Shown here in pieces: positions 39,083-48,805 of a stretch of 64,000 nucleotides of DNA (position 1 is the first letter of the stretch; each line of letters begins with the position of its first letter). This stretch comes from Bacilli bacterium. Lineage in GTDB: Bacteria > Bacillota_I > Bacilli_A > RF39 > UBA660. The translations under genes and the position numbers were made by a program. The notes below the pieces were generated by a model, which searched no databases, was not told the origin of the DNA, and saw nothing but the letters and a program-made list of their open reading frames with translations. The stretch covers positions 5,945-69,944 of the forward strand of contig JAFVEF010000037.1 in NCBI GenBank assembly GCA_017478105.1. The letters run 5' to 3'.

Positions 39083-42000
39083 TTACCATTCACTTTCACA
39101 TCCACGCCCCTTTTCGCAAATACCAGAACCTTTAAACTTGAATTTTTCGTCTTCAGAAGAGTGGTCATTTTTCTTATAAATATAATATGTTCCACTATAA
39201 ATCATAGATCCATCTGGATACCAACGATTATATTCCAGATTTTTAGGATCAGTAAGATCTAAAGCAGAATTTTTAAAATAGAACCATTTTCCTCTATAAG
39301 TGTCATAATTACCACTACTATCAGGTAAATTTGCACACCAACCTGTTGCCATAAAGTACTTTTTACCATAACACCTAGTTTTACCTGCAGTCTCATTACC
39401 AGTATAGAAATAATACCAGTGATAGTCACCTTTACTAGATACATCTGTTATTGAATTAAACCAGTATAATTTTTTCCAATTTGTAAGGAAAGAACCTTGA
39501 TAATAATATCGCCAATCACCTCTAAAACTATTAAGATCAACTGGTCTACCATCCTTAAATTCAGAATAGATTCCTTCATATACATTTTCACTTGAATGAG
39601 GTGATAATACCCAACCATTACCTAACTTAAAACTAACAGGATATGATAGAGTTTTTCCATCACTAGCAGTTCCCATTGCTGTACAATTGACATCCACAAC
39701 ATATAAGTCAGTGGTATCCAACTTACTAGTAAATCTATATCCAATAACTGAAGAACCATTTTTAATTTCTGATTTAGTATATTTATTTTGTCCAAAACTT
39801 GTGTCATTATCTATGATTCCAGCACCTTTAGATAAATTACAAGTAATAGTAACATTAGTGCAATTAGTAGCATTATATTTTACTTCTGCTGGCCCCACAT
39901 AAACTCCTGGGATCTCCTCCCCAAAACCTGAAGAATTCTTAATAAATGAAGAACCTGTAGTTCCAGAAACAGAAACACTAAGACTAGAATTACCTACCCA
40001 ATTGGCATACAACGTTATTTCACAATTACCATTACTTGAATCACATAAATCAGTTCCTTTATATACCTTTGTTTGACTATAAGTACCTCCGCCCCCATCA
40101 TTCCAAGCTTTTTCAAGATTAATCGTAAATCCGCTTCTTGAAATATTAATTAACGAATGATTATCTACATTATATAAACCATTTTGATCATAATAAGTTC
40201 CATATGGTATTTTATCCAAATAAATATCACCATTTCTTCTAAAAAAGCCATCACTACCAACAGTAATACTACTACCATGAGGATCTATTAATACTCCACC
40301 ATTTATATGATATTTTACTAATGACAAATTAACAGTCCACATTGCATATAAAGTAACAGAACAACTTTTCGAAGAAGCATCACAAAAATCACTAGCTGAA
40401 TAAACTGATGACTGATTAAATGTTTTACCAGTTCCATCTGCTTTTGTATTCCATACATTATCACCATCTATATGGTAATGACTCTTAACAATATTAATTG
40501 CATCCTTATTATTATAATTATACAATCCATCATTACTTAAAGTTTCACCATAAGGGACTTTATGAAAATCATCTTTTCCGTTATAAGTAATATTACCAGA
40601 AGAATCAACACTTACTCCAGGACCAACTTGATTAGCCAAATTACCACCATTTAAATTATATTTAATAGTTACAGAATTTGCTTTTCTCCATTCTGCTCTA
40701 ACCTTTATATTGGATTTTGCAACTGTGTTTTCATCTACTATATCACCAGATGAAGTTTTCCAATTAACAAAAGCATAATTTGTACGTGTAGGAACACATA
40801 AACTTCCCCAGTAAGCAGTCTTGCCTTCATCAAAATGAACTTTTTTAGTCTTGCTACTACATCCACTTCCACCATTATCATCATAAGATAATTTATATTC
40901 ACTAGCAACTTTATAATCAAAATCTTTTGTCTTATAGTTACCAGCTAAATCAGAAACAGTAACATAAACTTTATGAATATTATTATCATAACTATCACTT
41001 ATTTTTAAATCTTCATCTAAATAATTAATCTCTTTATCTCGTAAATCTATATAATTACTATAAGTTAAATAACTATTATTTTTTTTAGCACATTTATCTT
41101 CATCAATTGAAAAACACATTTTAATTTGTGATGAATTTGACTTGTCATCAACAACATCAAGTACAAATTTAGGTACTAAATTATTATATAATTTATTTTT
41201 TTCAGATGTTATTAATGTAGATGATTCACTAAAATCAGGAGCAACATTATCAACACTAAATGGTCCAGAAGAAATATAATTAATATCTGAATTAACAGCA
41301 TTTACCCATGGATTCATAAAAATATCATTTAATCGATCAATTCTAACAAATAAATAATACTGACCAGTAACCCCTGCTGGTGTAGTAATATCATCTGAAT
41401 TAACAATAATATTACCTTCCTTCATATCATTTTTTTGTTTTTCAATTGTTGGAACAGACTTAAAATTAACATGTTTCCAACTATCACTACTTATTGAATT
41501 GTAATCATTATTTAAACTCCAAGCATATGACAAACCTATATCTGGATTGATACCAAAAGAACTGCTTAATTTTATATTAGCCGTACGCTTCTTTTTATTA
41601 AATAATTCTGAAGTAGTACCAACAATTTTAACATCAATTGAACTTTTATCATTACCAGTACAAGATACATCACTTGAAGGATATTTATAACTAATTTCCC
41701 CGTTTTTATCTTCTAATATTTTATTCTTATCTGCACCGCAACCCAATACACCAGTATAATAATATTGACCATCAAGTTTTAAAATTCTAACTTTAGAATA
41801 ATCACTATTACAAGAAATATTACTAATCTTAATGTCTTTTAATAGCTTAGCCTCGTTTAATGTTTGAAAAGATACTCTTGCACAACCATTTTCATTTTTA
41901 CCAAATAAATCTTCTGAGTACGAATCATTATACAATTTAGCACTAGCAATCATAGAATCCATATATGTTTTATATTGTCTTTCATTACGACTATTACTTA

Positions 42001-42094
42001 ATGTTCTAAGTAAAGGAATAGATAATCCAGAAATAATTCCTAATATTACAATAGCAACTAATAATTCAACTAATGTAAAACCTTTTTTATTCAT
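39083..42094 (-). CDS. Giant modular type IV pilin-like protein (prepilin N-terminus, Listeria/Bacteroides-repeat domains, aromatic CWB-like C-terminal repeats)
   Basis: ATG 42094 behind GAAGGTGAT. MNKKG/FTLVELLVAIVILGIISG is a class III signal (G-1, F+1, E+5). Then a Cys-paired pilin head. Three domains of the type ..GW/NW...G....V.L.A.W. C-terminus has GDWRYYY, YHWYYFYTG, ATGW and GKWFYF. Confidence 0.8.
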   Translation of the reverse strand: MNKKGFTLVELLVAIVILGIISGLSIPLLRTLSNSRNERQYKTYMDSMIASAKLYNDSYSEDLFGKNENGCARVSFQTLNEAKLLKDIKISNISCNSDYSKVRILKLDGQYYYTGVLGCGADKNKILEDKNGEISYKYPSSDVSCTGNDKSSIDVKIVGTTSELFNKKKRTANIKLSSSFGINPDIGLSYAWSLNNDYNSISSDSWKHVNFKSVPTIEKQKNDMKEGNIIVNSDDITTPAGVTGQYYLFVRIDRLNDIFMNPWVNAVNSDINYISSGPFSVDNVAPDFSESSTLITSEKNKLYNNLVPKFVLDVVDDKSNSSQIKMCFSIDEDKCAKKNNSYLTYSNYIDLRDKEINYLDEDLKISDSYDNNIHKVYVTVSDLAGNYKTKDFDYKVASEYKLSYDDNGGSGCSSKTKKVHFDEGKTAYWGSLCVPTRTNYAFVNWKTSSGDIVDENTVAKSNIKVRAEWRKANSVTIKYNLNGGNLANQVGPGVSVDSSGNITYNGKDDFHKVPYGETLSNDGLYNYNNKDAINIVKSHYHIDGDNVWNTKADGTGKTFNQSSVYSASDFCDASSKSCSVTLYAMWTVNLSLVKYHINGGVLIDPHGSSITVGSDGFFRRNGDIYLDKIPYGTYYDQNGLYNVDNHSLINISRSGFTINLEKAWNDGGGGTYSQTKVYKGTDLCDSSNGNCEITLYANWVGNSSLSVSVSGTTGSSFIKNSSGFGEEIPGVYVGPAEVKYNATNCTNVTITCNLSKGAGIIDNDTSFGQNKYTKSEIKNGSSVIGYRFTSKLDTTDLYVVDVNCTAMGTASDGKTLSYPVSFKLGNGWVLSPHSSENVYEGIYSEFKDGRPVDLNSFRGDWRYYYQGSFLTNWKKLYWFNSITDVSSKGDYHWYYFYTGNETAGKTRCYGKKYFMATGWCANLPDSSGNYDTYRGKWFYFKNSALDLTDPKNLEYNRWYPDGSMIYSGTYYIYKKNDHSSEDEKFKFKGSGICEKGRGCESEW

Positions 42095-42142
42095 ATTATC
42101 ACCTTCTATTATTATTTTAAAAGAAGTAATAAAATAAGTCAA
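42095..42142 (-). promoter_or_regulatory. Promoter of the pilin-like gene
   Basis: On the minus strand: TTGACT (42142-42137), 17 nt, TAAAAT. The -35 abuts the T11 run of the upstream terminator. Confidence 0.5.
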
Positions 42143-42170
42143 AAAAAAAAAGAAAGAAATGTTATTTCTT
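42141..42170 (-). terminator. Terminator of the 241-aa ORF gene (overlaps its stop codon)
   Basis: On the minus strand: AAAGAAAT-AAC-ATTTCTTT followed by T11. Confidence 0.65.
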
Positions 42171-42842
42171 TACATTAGTTTTATCCATATCAAATAAATT
42201 ACTAGAATATAATTTATAATTATCATCACATTTTTCAATTATCTCAGATGAACATTTTCCTCTCTCATCAATTATTGAAAGATAAGAAGTATAATTATTC
42301 AAATACTTATCAAATATATCATAACTAGATAATATATTTCTTAAAACATGATAACTATCTCTAGCCCATCCACCATCTGCATATTTTATATTATTAATAT
42401 ATTTAAATCTTCCTTCAATAAAATAATTAACAAATTTATCATATAAATTAGTTTTTTTATACATAACTAGTGAATAAAAAGCAGAATCACTTTTCATTCT
42501 AACACAAAAATTATCAATAATAGAATCATTAATTACATAATCTGCTTTTTTATCAAGAGATAATTCTGCTACATCTCTAATTTTTTCTCTATTCTTAAAC
42601 AACGGTTCTTGAAAATACAATCCCTTTTTAGATTCATTACAAATAAAAACATCATAATCAATATCATCAATATAATTATCTAGATATAATTTTTTTAATA
42701 ACTCTTCACTAGATTCAAAATTAGTTGTATATAAATCTATATTTTCTAATCTTGACTTTATCCCCTTTATAAAAGATATATTAACTATCTCATTTTTTTT
42801 ATTATTTCTTCCAATTAAATAGTATTTATTTCTAAAACTCAT
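42162..42842 (-). CDS. Hypothetical protein (226 aa)
   Basis: ATG 42842 (MSFRNKYYLIG) lies behind AAGGGGGA. No recognisable motif. Sits between topA and the pilin-like gene. Confidence 0.5.
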   Translation of the reverse strand: MSFRNKYYLIGRNNKKNEIVNISFIKGIKSRLENIDLYTTNFESSEELLKKLYLDNYIDDIDYDVFICNESKKGLYFQEPLFKNREKIRDVAELSLDKKADYVINDSIIDNFCVRMKSDSAFYSLVMYKKTNLYDKFVNYFIEGRFKYINNIKYADGGWARDSYHVLRNILSSYDIFDKYLNNYTSYLSIIDERGKCSSEIIEKCDDNYKLYSSNLFDMDKTNVKK

Positions 42843-42905
42843 ATATATCCCCCTTAACAAGTCCATATTATACCACAAAAAAAGCAAATTTAAAAGTATT
42901 TGCTT

Positions 42906-44927
42906 TTATTTAGTATAATCACATGAAGAACATTTAATACTATTATTCTTTTCTACAAGCATTTCTCCGCATTCTGGACATTTTGACCCAGTTGGTTTAT
43001 CCCAATAGGCAGTCTTACATTTAGGGTAATTATTACATCCATAGAAAACTTTACCTTTTCTACTTTTCTTTTCAATTATTTTTCCAGAACAATTAGGACA
43101 ATCACAAATTTCTATTATCTCTACTTTTTCTTTCTTTATATATTTACACTCTGGATAATTACTACAAGCTACAAATTCACCAAAACGTCCTTTTCTAACA
43201 ACAAGAGAATTTCCACACTCTGGACATTTTTCTCCTGTTTCCTCAGGCCCATTCTTTTCCATATCAGAAAAAGCATTTTTTACACGAGGTTCAAATAAAT
43301 CATAAAATTTTTGTAAAACACTATTCCAAACAAGTTTCCCGTCAGCAACACTATCTAAATCTTCTTCCATACCACGAGTATAATCAGTATTTATAATATC
43401 ACTAAAAAACTCTTGCAATTTATCAGTAGTCTCAATACCAATTTTTGTTGGTTTAAACTTCTTATCTTCTAAAACAACATAATCACGAGATTTTATAGTA
43501 TCAATAATAGTTGCATAAGTAGAAGGTCTTCCTATACCCAACTCCTCTAACTCTTTAATAAGTCGCGCTTCACTATATCTACTAGGTGGTTGAGTAAAAT
43601 GTTGACTACATTCAACATTAGTAGTACTACAAACATCTTTATCTCCTATCTCTGGTAAAATAGTATTTTCATTAGATTCATAATCTTTATAAACTTTTAA
43701 ATATCCATCAAAAATCATGATACTACCAGTAGTTTTAAACTTATAATCATTATTATCAAAAATGATTACTGTTTGATTAACAACTGCATCTGCCATTAAA
43801 GACGCAAGTGTTCTTTTATATATTAAACTATATAATTTAAATTCATCATTACTTAAAAACTTCTTAACAGTAATAGGATCTCTTAATACACTAGTAGGTC
43901 TAATAGCTTCATGAGCATCTTGAACATTCTCATTTTTCTTAGCTTTTTTTACATAACCAACATATTTTTTACCATAATTCTCTTCTATATATTTTAAAGC
44001 AGGTCTAACAAAATCATCACTTAAACGAACAGAATCAGTTCTCATATATGTAATTAAACCGACAGTTTCATTTTCAAGATCAATTCCTTCATATAGCTTT
44101 TGTGCAATACTCATTGTCTTTCTAGCTGAAAAACCGAGCTTAGTAGATGCTTCTTGTTGAAGAGTTGAAGTGATAAAAGGAAATTTACTCTTTCTTTTCT
44201 TTTCTTTCTTCTCAATAGATTCAACTATATAATCAGTTGAAAGTGCATTTAATACAGTATTAGCTTCTTCTTCATTATGAAGTTCTATTGTATCATTTTT
44301 ATACTTAAATAATTCCGCTTCAAATTCATCAAAAATAGCAACAATTTTCCAATATTCTTCTGGATTAAATGCCTCTATCTCTCTTTCCCTATCAACAATA
44401 AGTTTCAAAGCAACACTCTGTACTCTACCAGCTGACTTGGCTCCTATTTTACTTTGAAGTAATTTACTTAATCTAAATCCAATAATTCTATCTAATATTC
44501 TTCTAGTTTCTTGACTCTTCACTAAATTATCATCTATAACAGTAGGATTATTAATTGCCTCAATTACTTTATCATGAGTAATTTCATTAAAAAGAACTCT
44601 TTTATAATTATTATCTTTTATACCCAATGCATCTTTTAAATGCCAAGCAATTGCTTCTCCCTCACGATCAGGGTCGCTCGCAAGATATACAATACTGCTA
44701 TCTTTAACATCTTTTTTTAATTCTTTAATAACACTATTTTTTCCCTTAATAGGAATATAACTAGGTTTAAAACCATTATCTAAATCAACCCCAAGTCCAT
44801 ACTTACCTGTAGTTGCTAAATCTCTAATATGTCCCTTTGAAGAAACTACTTTATAATCTTTTCCCAAATATTTCTCAATAGTTTTACTCTTACTAGGACT
44901 TTCTACTATCACTAATTTTTTTTGCAT
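42906..44927 (-). CDS. topA: DNA topoisomerase I
   Basis: 673 aa. Toprim domain (LVIVESPSKSKTI, DPDREGEAI), active-site region YMRTDS, three C-terminal Cys4 zinc ribbons. Confidence 0.96.
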   Translation of the reverse strand: MQKKLVIVESPSKSKTIEKYLGKDYKVVSSKGHIRDLATTGKYGLGVDLDNGFKPSYIPIKGKNSVIKELKKDVKDSSIVYLASDPDREGEAIAWHLKDALGIKDNNYKRVLFNEITHDKVIEAINNPTVIDDNLVKSQETRRILDRIIGFRLSKLLQSKIGAKSAGRVQSVALKLIVDREREIEAFNPEEYWKIVAIFDEFEAELFKYKNDTIELHNEEEANTVLNALSTDYIVESIEKKEKKRKSKFPFITSTLQQEASTKLGFSARKTMSIAQKLYEGIDLENETVGLITYMRTDSVRLSDDFVRPALKYIEENYGKKYVGYVKKAKKNENVQDAHEAIRPTSVLRDPITVKKFLSNDEFKLYSLIYKRTLASLMADAVVNQTVIIFDNNDYKFKTTGSIMIFDGYLKVYKDYESNENTILPEIGDKDVCSTTNVECSQHFTQPPSRYSEARLIKELEELGIGRPSTYATIIDTIKSRDYVVLEDKKFKPTKIGIETTDKLQEFFSDIINTDYTRGMEEDLDSVADGKLVWNSVLQKFYDLFEPRVKNAFSDMEKNGPEETGEKCPECGNSLVVRKGRFGEFVACSNYPECKYIKKEKVEIIEICDCPNCSGKIIEKKSRKGKVFYGCNNYPKCKTAYWDKPTGSKCPECGEMLVEKNNSIKCSSCDYTK

Positions 44928-44983
44928 ATCGTCAACTCCTCAAATACTTATACTAACAAAAATATATTTTGTCAATCACTATT

Positions 44984-45994
44984 TTATTCTTTAATACTAT
45001 TCTCTAAATAATTCTTAACTGGAGCATAACTCTTACGATGCTCATTAATTATACCATATTTTTCTATTGCTTCTAAATGCTTTTTTGTAGGATATCCAAC
45101 ATTATTCTTAAAATCATACATTGGATATTCTTTATCTAATTCAAACATCATTCTATCTCTTGTAACCTTTGCTAATACAGATGCAGCACTAATACTAATA
45201 CTTTTTAAATCTCCTTTAATAATTGGAGTAAAAGGAATATCAATATCTAATTTCATCGCATCTGTTAATACATAATCAGGTTTTATTTTACAATTATTAA
45301 TAGCCATAATCATAGCTTCTTTTGTTGCTTCATAAATATTAATTTCATCAATTCGCTCACAAGATACAATTCCTATTCCATAAGAAATAGCTTGTTTTTT
45401 AATTTCTTCAAAAAAATAATCTCTTTTCTTTTCACTTAATTTTTTACTATCCGTTAATCCATCTAAATGAAACACCTCAGGAAGAATACAACAAGCCGCA
45501 ACAACCGGTCCTACTAAAGGACCCCTACCAACTTCATCTACTCCTCCAATTAATTTATAACCAGCCTTATGTAACTCTCTTTCATTTTTATATGTATCAC
45601 GACAATCAATTATTAATTGAATCTTTTTAATAATATTTTTATTAAGAGGATCATTTTCTAATACCTTAATTCTTAATAAATCTTCCAATCTCATAAAATG
45701 AAAATCATTAACTAGAGTATATTCCTTATTATAATCATCAATATTCATTACAAAACAATCATAACCCTTACTATTATTATTCGAAATCCAATCTAATTTT
45801 TCATATATTTTTTTTGAACAAACAAGATTAATTACATCAGTATTTTTAATTACACCTAAACATACTAAAGCAGCATCACCTACTACTAAGTATTCTTCTT
45901 TATCTAAATTTAATTCATTTAATTTCAAAAAAATCTCTTTTTTAGTCACAAAACCACCTACATTCATTTTGACAAGAAATAACAAAATATGCAA
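44984..45994 (-). CDS. rnhB: Ribonuclease HII with an N-terminal extension of about 130 aa
   Basis: C-terminal 200 aa: [34 protein letters not shown]. The start is uncertain; GTG 45949 behind AGGTGG is plausible. Confidence 0.85.
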   Translation of the reverse strand: MHILLFLVKMNVGGFVTKKEIFLKLNELNLDKEEYLVVGDAALVCLGVIKNTDVINLVCSKKIYEKLDWISNNNSKGYDCFVMNIDDYNKEYTLVNDFHFMRLEDLLRIKVLENDPLNKNIIKKIQLIIDCRDTYKNERELHKAGYKLIGGVDEVGRGPLVGPVVAACCILPEVFHLDGLTDSKKLSEKKRDYFFEEIKKQAISYGIGIVSCERIDEINIYEATKEAMIMAINNCKIKPDYVLTDAMKLDIDIPFTPIIKGDLKSISISAASVLAKVTRDRMMFELDKEYPMYDFKNNVGYPTKKHLEAIEKYGIINEHRKSYAPVKNYLENSIKE

Positions 45995-46057
45995 GAAAAA
46001 TAATAAATATTATTATCAAGCAAAAAAATGATATAATATTATCAGGAGATAATAAAT

Positions 46058-47038
46058 ATGAAAAGAAAAGTAATATTAACCGTTGCAAATGAAGAACAAA
46101 AACAAATTGCCAAGGAATATATAAAAAAGCAAAATAACAGCTTATTTCATAAATACACCTTTTATATATTAATAAGTGCTAATGGTACTGGAACTGCCCT
46201 ATTAGATGTAGTCAGATGGAAAGAAAAAAACAACACCAAAGAACCAATATTAGTAATAAACTCTGGAGGAAAATCTACAAGAACTCCATTATTTTCTAAA
46301 AGAGGTAAAATAATGATTCCTCTTCCCTCTACCAATAACAAAAACAAAATGATTTTAGATGAATTATTAGAATTATATTCCAAAATAGAAAATAAAATAA
46401 AAATACCTGGCGTACTTATAATGACTGCTGATTCAATATGTGAAAATGTCAACATAACAGAAGATATAACAGAATCATGTGCAATATCTATTATGGCCGA
46501 TAAAGAATATGGTCCAGACCATGGTGTTTTCATAAAAGAAGGTAATTATGTAAAAGGTTTTCTTCATAAGAAAAGCTTAGATATTTTAGAAAAAGAAAAT
46601 GCAATAATCAATAATAATATAATGATTGATACTGGAATTTATTTTATTAAAGAGGAACATTTAGACTTATTATATAACAACTACAGAAAAGATTATCAAA
46701 ACGACCTATTTTTAGATTTTTATACTCAAATGGTTCAATATATAATAGATAAAGATAAAATGCTATTGCTTCTATTAAAAGATGCAATCTTCTATCATTT
46801 AGGAAATTATAAAAACTATTTTGATTACCTTCAAAAAAATAATATAAAATTTATAGATTCGATATATCCACCTAAATATAATGATAAAAAAGTCTTTTTC
46901 TATCACTCAAAGATTTCTGAAAACGCCACCATAGAAGATAATGTTGCTATCTTTAATTGTGATATTAATGAAGGAACAATTAAAGAAAACACTATTGTAT
47001 ACAAAGACAAAGATGAAATCATATATGACAAATTCTAA
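46058..47038 (+). CDS. Putative sugar-nucleotidyltransferase (fucokinase/Fkp N-terminal-like)
   Basis: 326 aa. LVINSGGKSTRTPLFSKRGKIMIPLP resembles the SGGxSxRxP...GK..PLP signature. Weak, motif-level only. Confidence 0.35.
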   Translation: MKRKVILTVANEEQKQIAKEYIKKQNNSLFHKYTFYILISANGTGTALLDVVRWKEKNNTKEPILVINSGGKSTRTPLFSKRGKIMIPLPSTNNKNKMILDELLELYSKIENKIKIPGVLIMTADSICENVNITEDITESCAISIMADKEYGPDHGVFIKEGNYVKGFLHKKSLDILEKENAIINNNIMIDTGIYFIKEEHLDLLYNNYRKDYQNDLFLDFYTQMVQYIIDKDKMLLLLLKDAIFYHLGNYKNYFDYLQKNNIKFIDSIYPPKYNDKKVFFYHSKISENATIEDNVAIFNCDINEGTIKENTIVYKDKDEIIYDKF

Positions 47039-47062
47039 TAATCACACAAACAAAGAAAATTA

Positions 47063-47815
47063 TTATCTAATAATTTTCTTTATTGTTTTACATTTTTCTT
47101 TTTGAAATTCATCAACTCTTCTAATATCTCTTTTTAAAACATTTAATCCTCTAGATCTTAAACTAGACTCTAATACAGAAACTAAATCAATATCTAAATA
47201 ATTCTCTAAATATTCAAAAAACTCTGGATAAAAATAACCCAGTATTTTAAAATCATCAATACTATAAAAATTATATATATCATTTTTATAAAAAAATTCT
47301 TTATTTATATGATTTAAATTTAATGAATATTCAAAATCATATAAAGGACTTAAATGAATACCTTTATTAGAGTATTCAAGCATAATATTATCACTATATC
47401 TATCTATCTGTCCCATGTAAAAGTCTAGTGCAAATAACTTTAATAATTCTCTTTCCAAATCTTTTTTATTATTATCATCCTTTGTCATATTTAAAAGACC
47501 ATAAAAATTATTTTTATATTCTGAAAAATCAAGTTCATTAATTTTATAATAATCACAATTATCTTTTCTAAAATCATATGATCCAATTTCATAATAATAA
47601 TTATATTTTTTTAAATCCTTATATAAACATTTATTTTCATTTGCATAATCATCTTTTGTTAATACAAAATAATGAGCTGAAGGAATATTATTCATTTTAC
47701 ATAATTCTTCACCAACAAATTCAGAAATATTAAAAAATTTTGTAAAGACTTTATCTTCATCAAAATTTACAATTCTAATCTCTGTAGAATCATTTAAATA
47801 ATCTGTAGCTTTCAT
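47063..47815 (-). CDS. HipA-C-like putative kinase-fold protein
   Basis: 250 aa. FALDFYMGQIDRYSDNIML....LSPLYDFEYSL resembles the HipA_C catalytic and activation region (D..x.N ... aP.YD). Start/stop overlap with rbgA. Confidence 0.35.
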   Translation of the reverse strand: MKATDYLNDSTEIRIVNFDEDKVFTKFFNISEFVGEELCKMNNIPSAHYFVLTKDDYANENKCLYKDLKKYNYYYEIGSYDFRKDNCDYYKINELDFSEYKNNFYGLLNMTKDDNNKKDLERELLKLFALDFYMGQIDRYSDNIMLEYSNKGIHLSPLYDFEYSLNLNHINKEFFYKNDIYNFYSIDDFKILGYFYPEFFEYLENYLDIDLVSVLESSLRSRGLNVLKRDIRRVDEFQKEKCKTIKKIIR

Positions 47816-48666
47816 TATAATCTATCAAAAGTAATATTCTTAAAATAACCACTCTTAACATCATTTATTATGATGTCAGAGACTCTATCATAATCAACAA
47901 TACCACCCTTTGATAATGCACCTCTCCTCTTTCCAATTGTCTCATATGCTTCAATAAAATCATCTTCAATACTACTAATACCATATCTTTCATATAATTT
48001 ATCTGGATACAATGTATATAGTTTTTTCAATATAAAACATGCAATTTGATCTTTATTTAAAATATCTTCTTTTATAGATGAAAATGAAGCTAATATGTGG
48101 GCATTTTCTTGATTCTCTAATTTTGGCCATAATATACCAGGAGAATCTAATAATTCTAGATCTTTATTGATTCTAATCCAAGATAAAGATTTAGTAAATC
48201 CAGGAGTATTCCCAACACCAACAGCTTTTTTACCGACTAGTTTATTTATCAAAGTACTTTTACCAACATTAGGTGCACCCACAATTAAACATCTACATGA
48301 TCTAGTCTTTAATCCTTGCCTTAGACGCCTAGAATTAATGCTATCCATAATCTTATTAGTTTCTTCAAATAATTTATTTGTATTACCATTAATCAAATCA
48401 ATTGGAACAACTTTATATCCTTCTTCTCTATACTTATCTAAGATCTTATTAGTTTCAACAACATCACATAAATCCATCTTTGTAACTATCAAAATTTTAG
48501 GTTTATCTTTTATCAAATCATCTATATCAATTATTTTAGAAGAAATTGGCATTCTCCCATCAATTACTTCATAAACAATATCAATAAGATTTAATTTTTC
48601 ACTAATCTCTCTCTTAGTTTTTGCCATATGTCCAGGAAACCAGTTTATATTAGTTTTATTATCCAT
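47815..48666 (-). CDS. rbgA: Ribosome biogenesis GTPase A (YlqF)
   Basis: MDNKTNINWFPGHMAKTKREI..., circularly permuted GTPase (TKMDL, GAPNVGKST, DSPG). ATG 48666 lies behind GGAGTG. Confidence 0.93.
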   Translation of the reverse strand: MDNKTNINWFPGHMAKTKREISEKLNLIDIVYEVIDGRMPISSKIIDIDDLIKDKPKILIVTKMDLCDVVETNKILDKYREEGYKVVPIDLINGNTNKLFEETNKIMDSINSRRLRQGLKTRSCRCLIVGAPNVGKSTLINKLVGKKAVGVGNTPGFTKSLSWIRINKDLELLDSPGILWPKLENQENAHILASFSSIKEDILNKDQIACFILKKLYTLYPDKLYERYGISSIEDDFIEAYETIGKRRGALSKGGIVDYDRVSDIIINDVKSGYFKNITFDRL

Positions 48667-48805
48667 AGGAATCACTCCATTTCTAATCAATTATAGCATA
48701 AAAAAGACGAAATTTATTATAGTTTCGTCCATTTTTAAGTCATTTTTATGTTCTTAGATTTTACGTAATCAAAACTTTATTGGTTTTTACTTGGACATAT
48801 GGAAA

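Noticed and set aside
39259-40920. Several 60-70-aa ORFs inside or opposite the pilin-like gene (39259-39444, 39622-39807, 39687-39902, 40738-40920), and 38990-39262.
   Set aside because: They are alternative frames of a 3-kb gene whose main frame has a coherent domain structure. The ORF-track N-terminus of 38725-39195 overlaps the pilin gene 3' end for the same reason.
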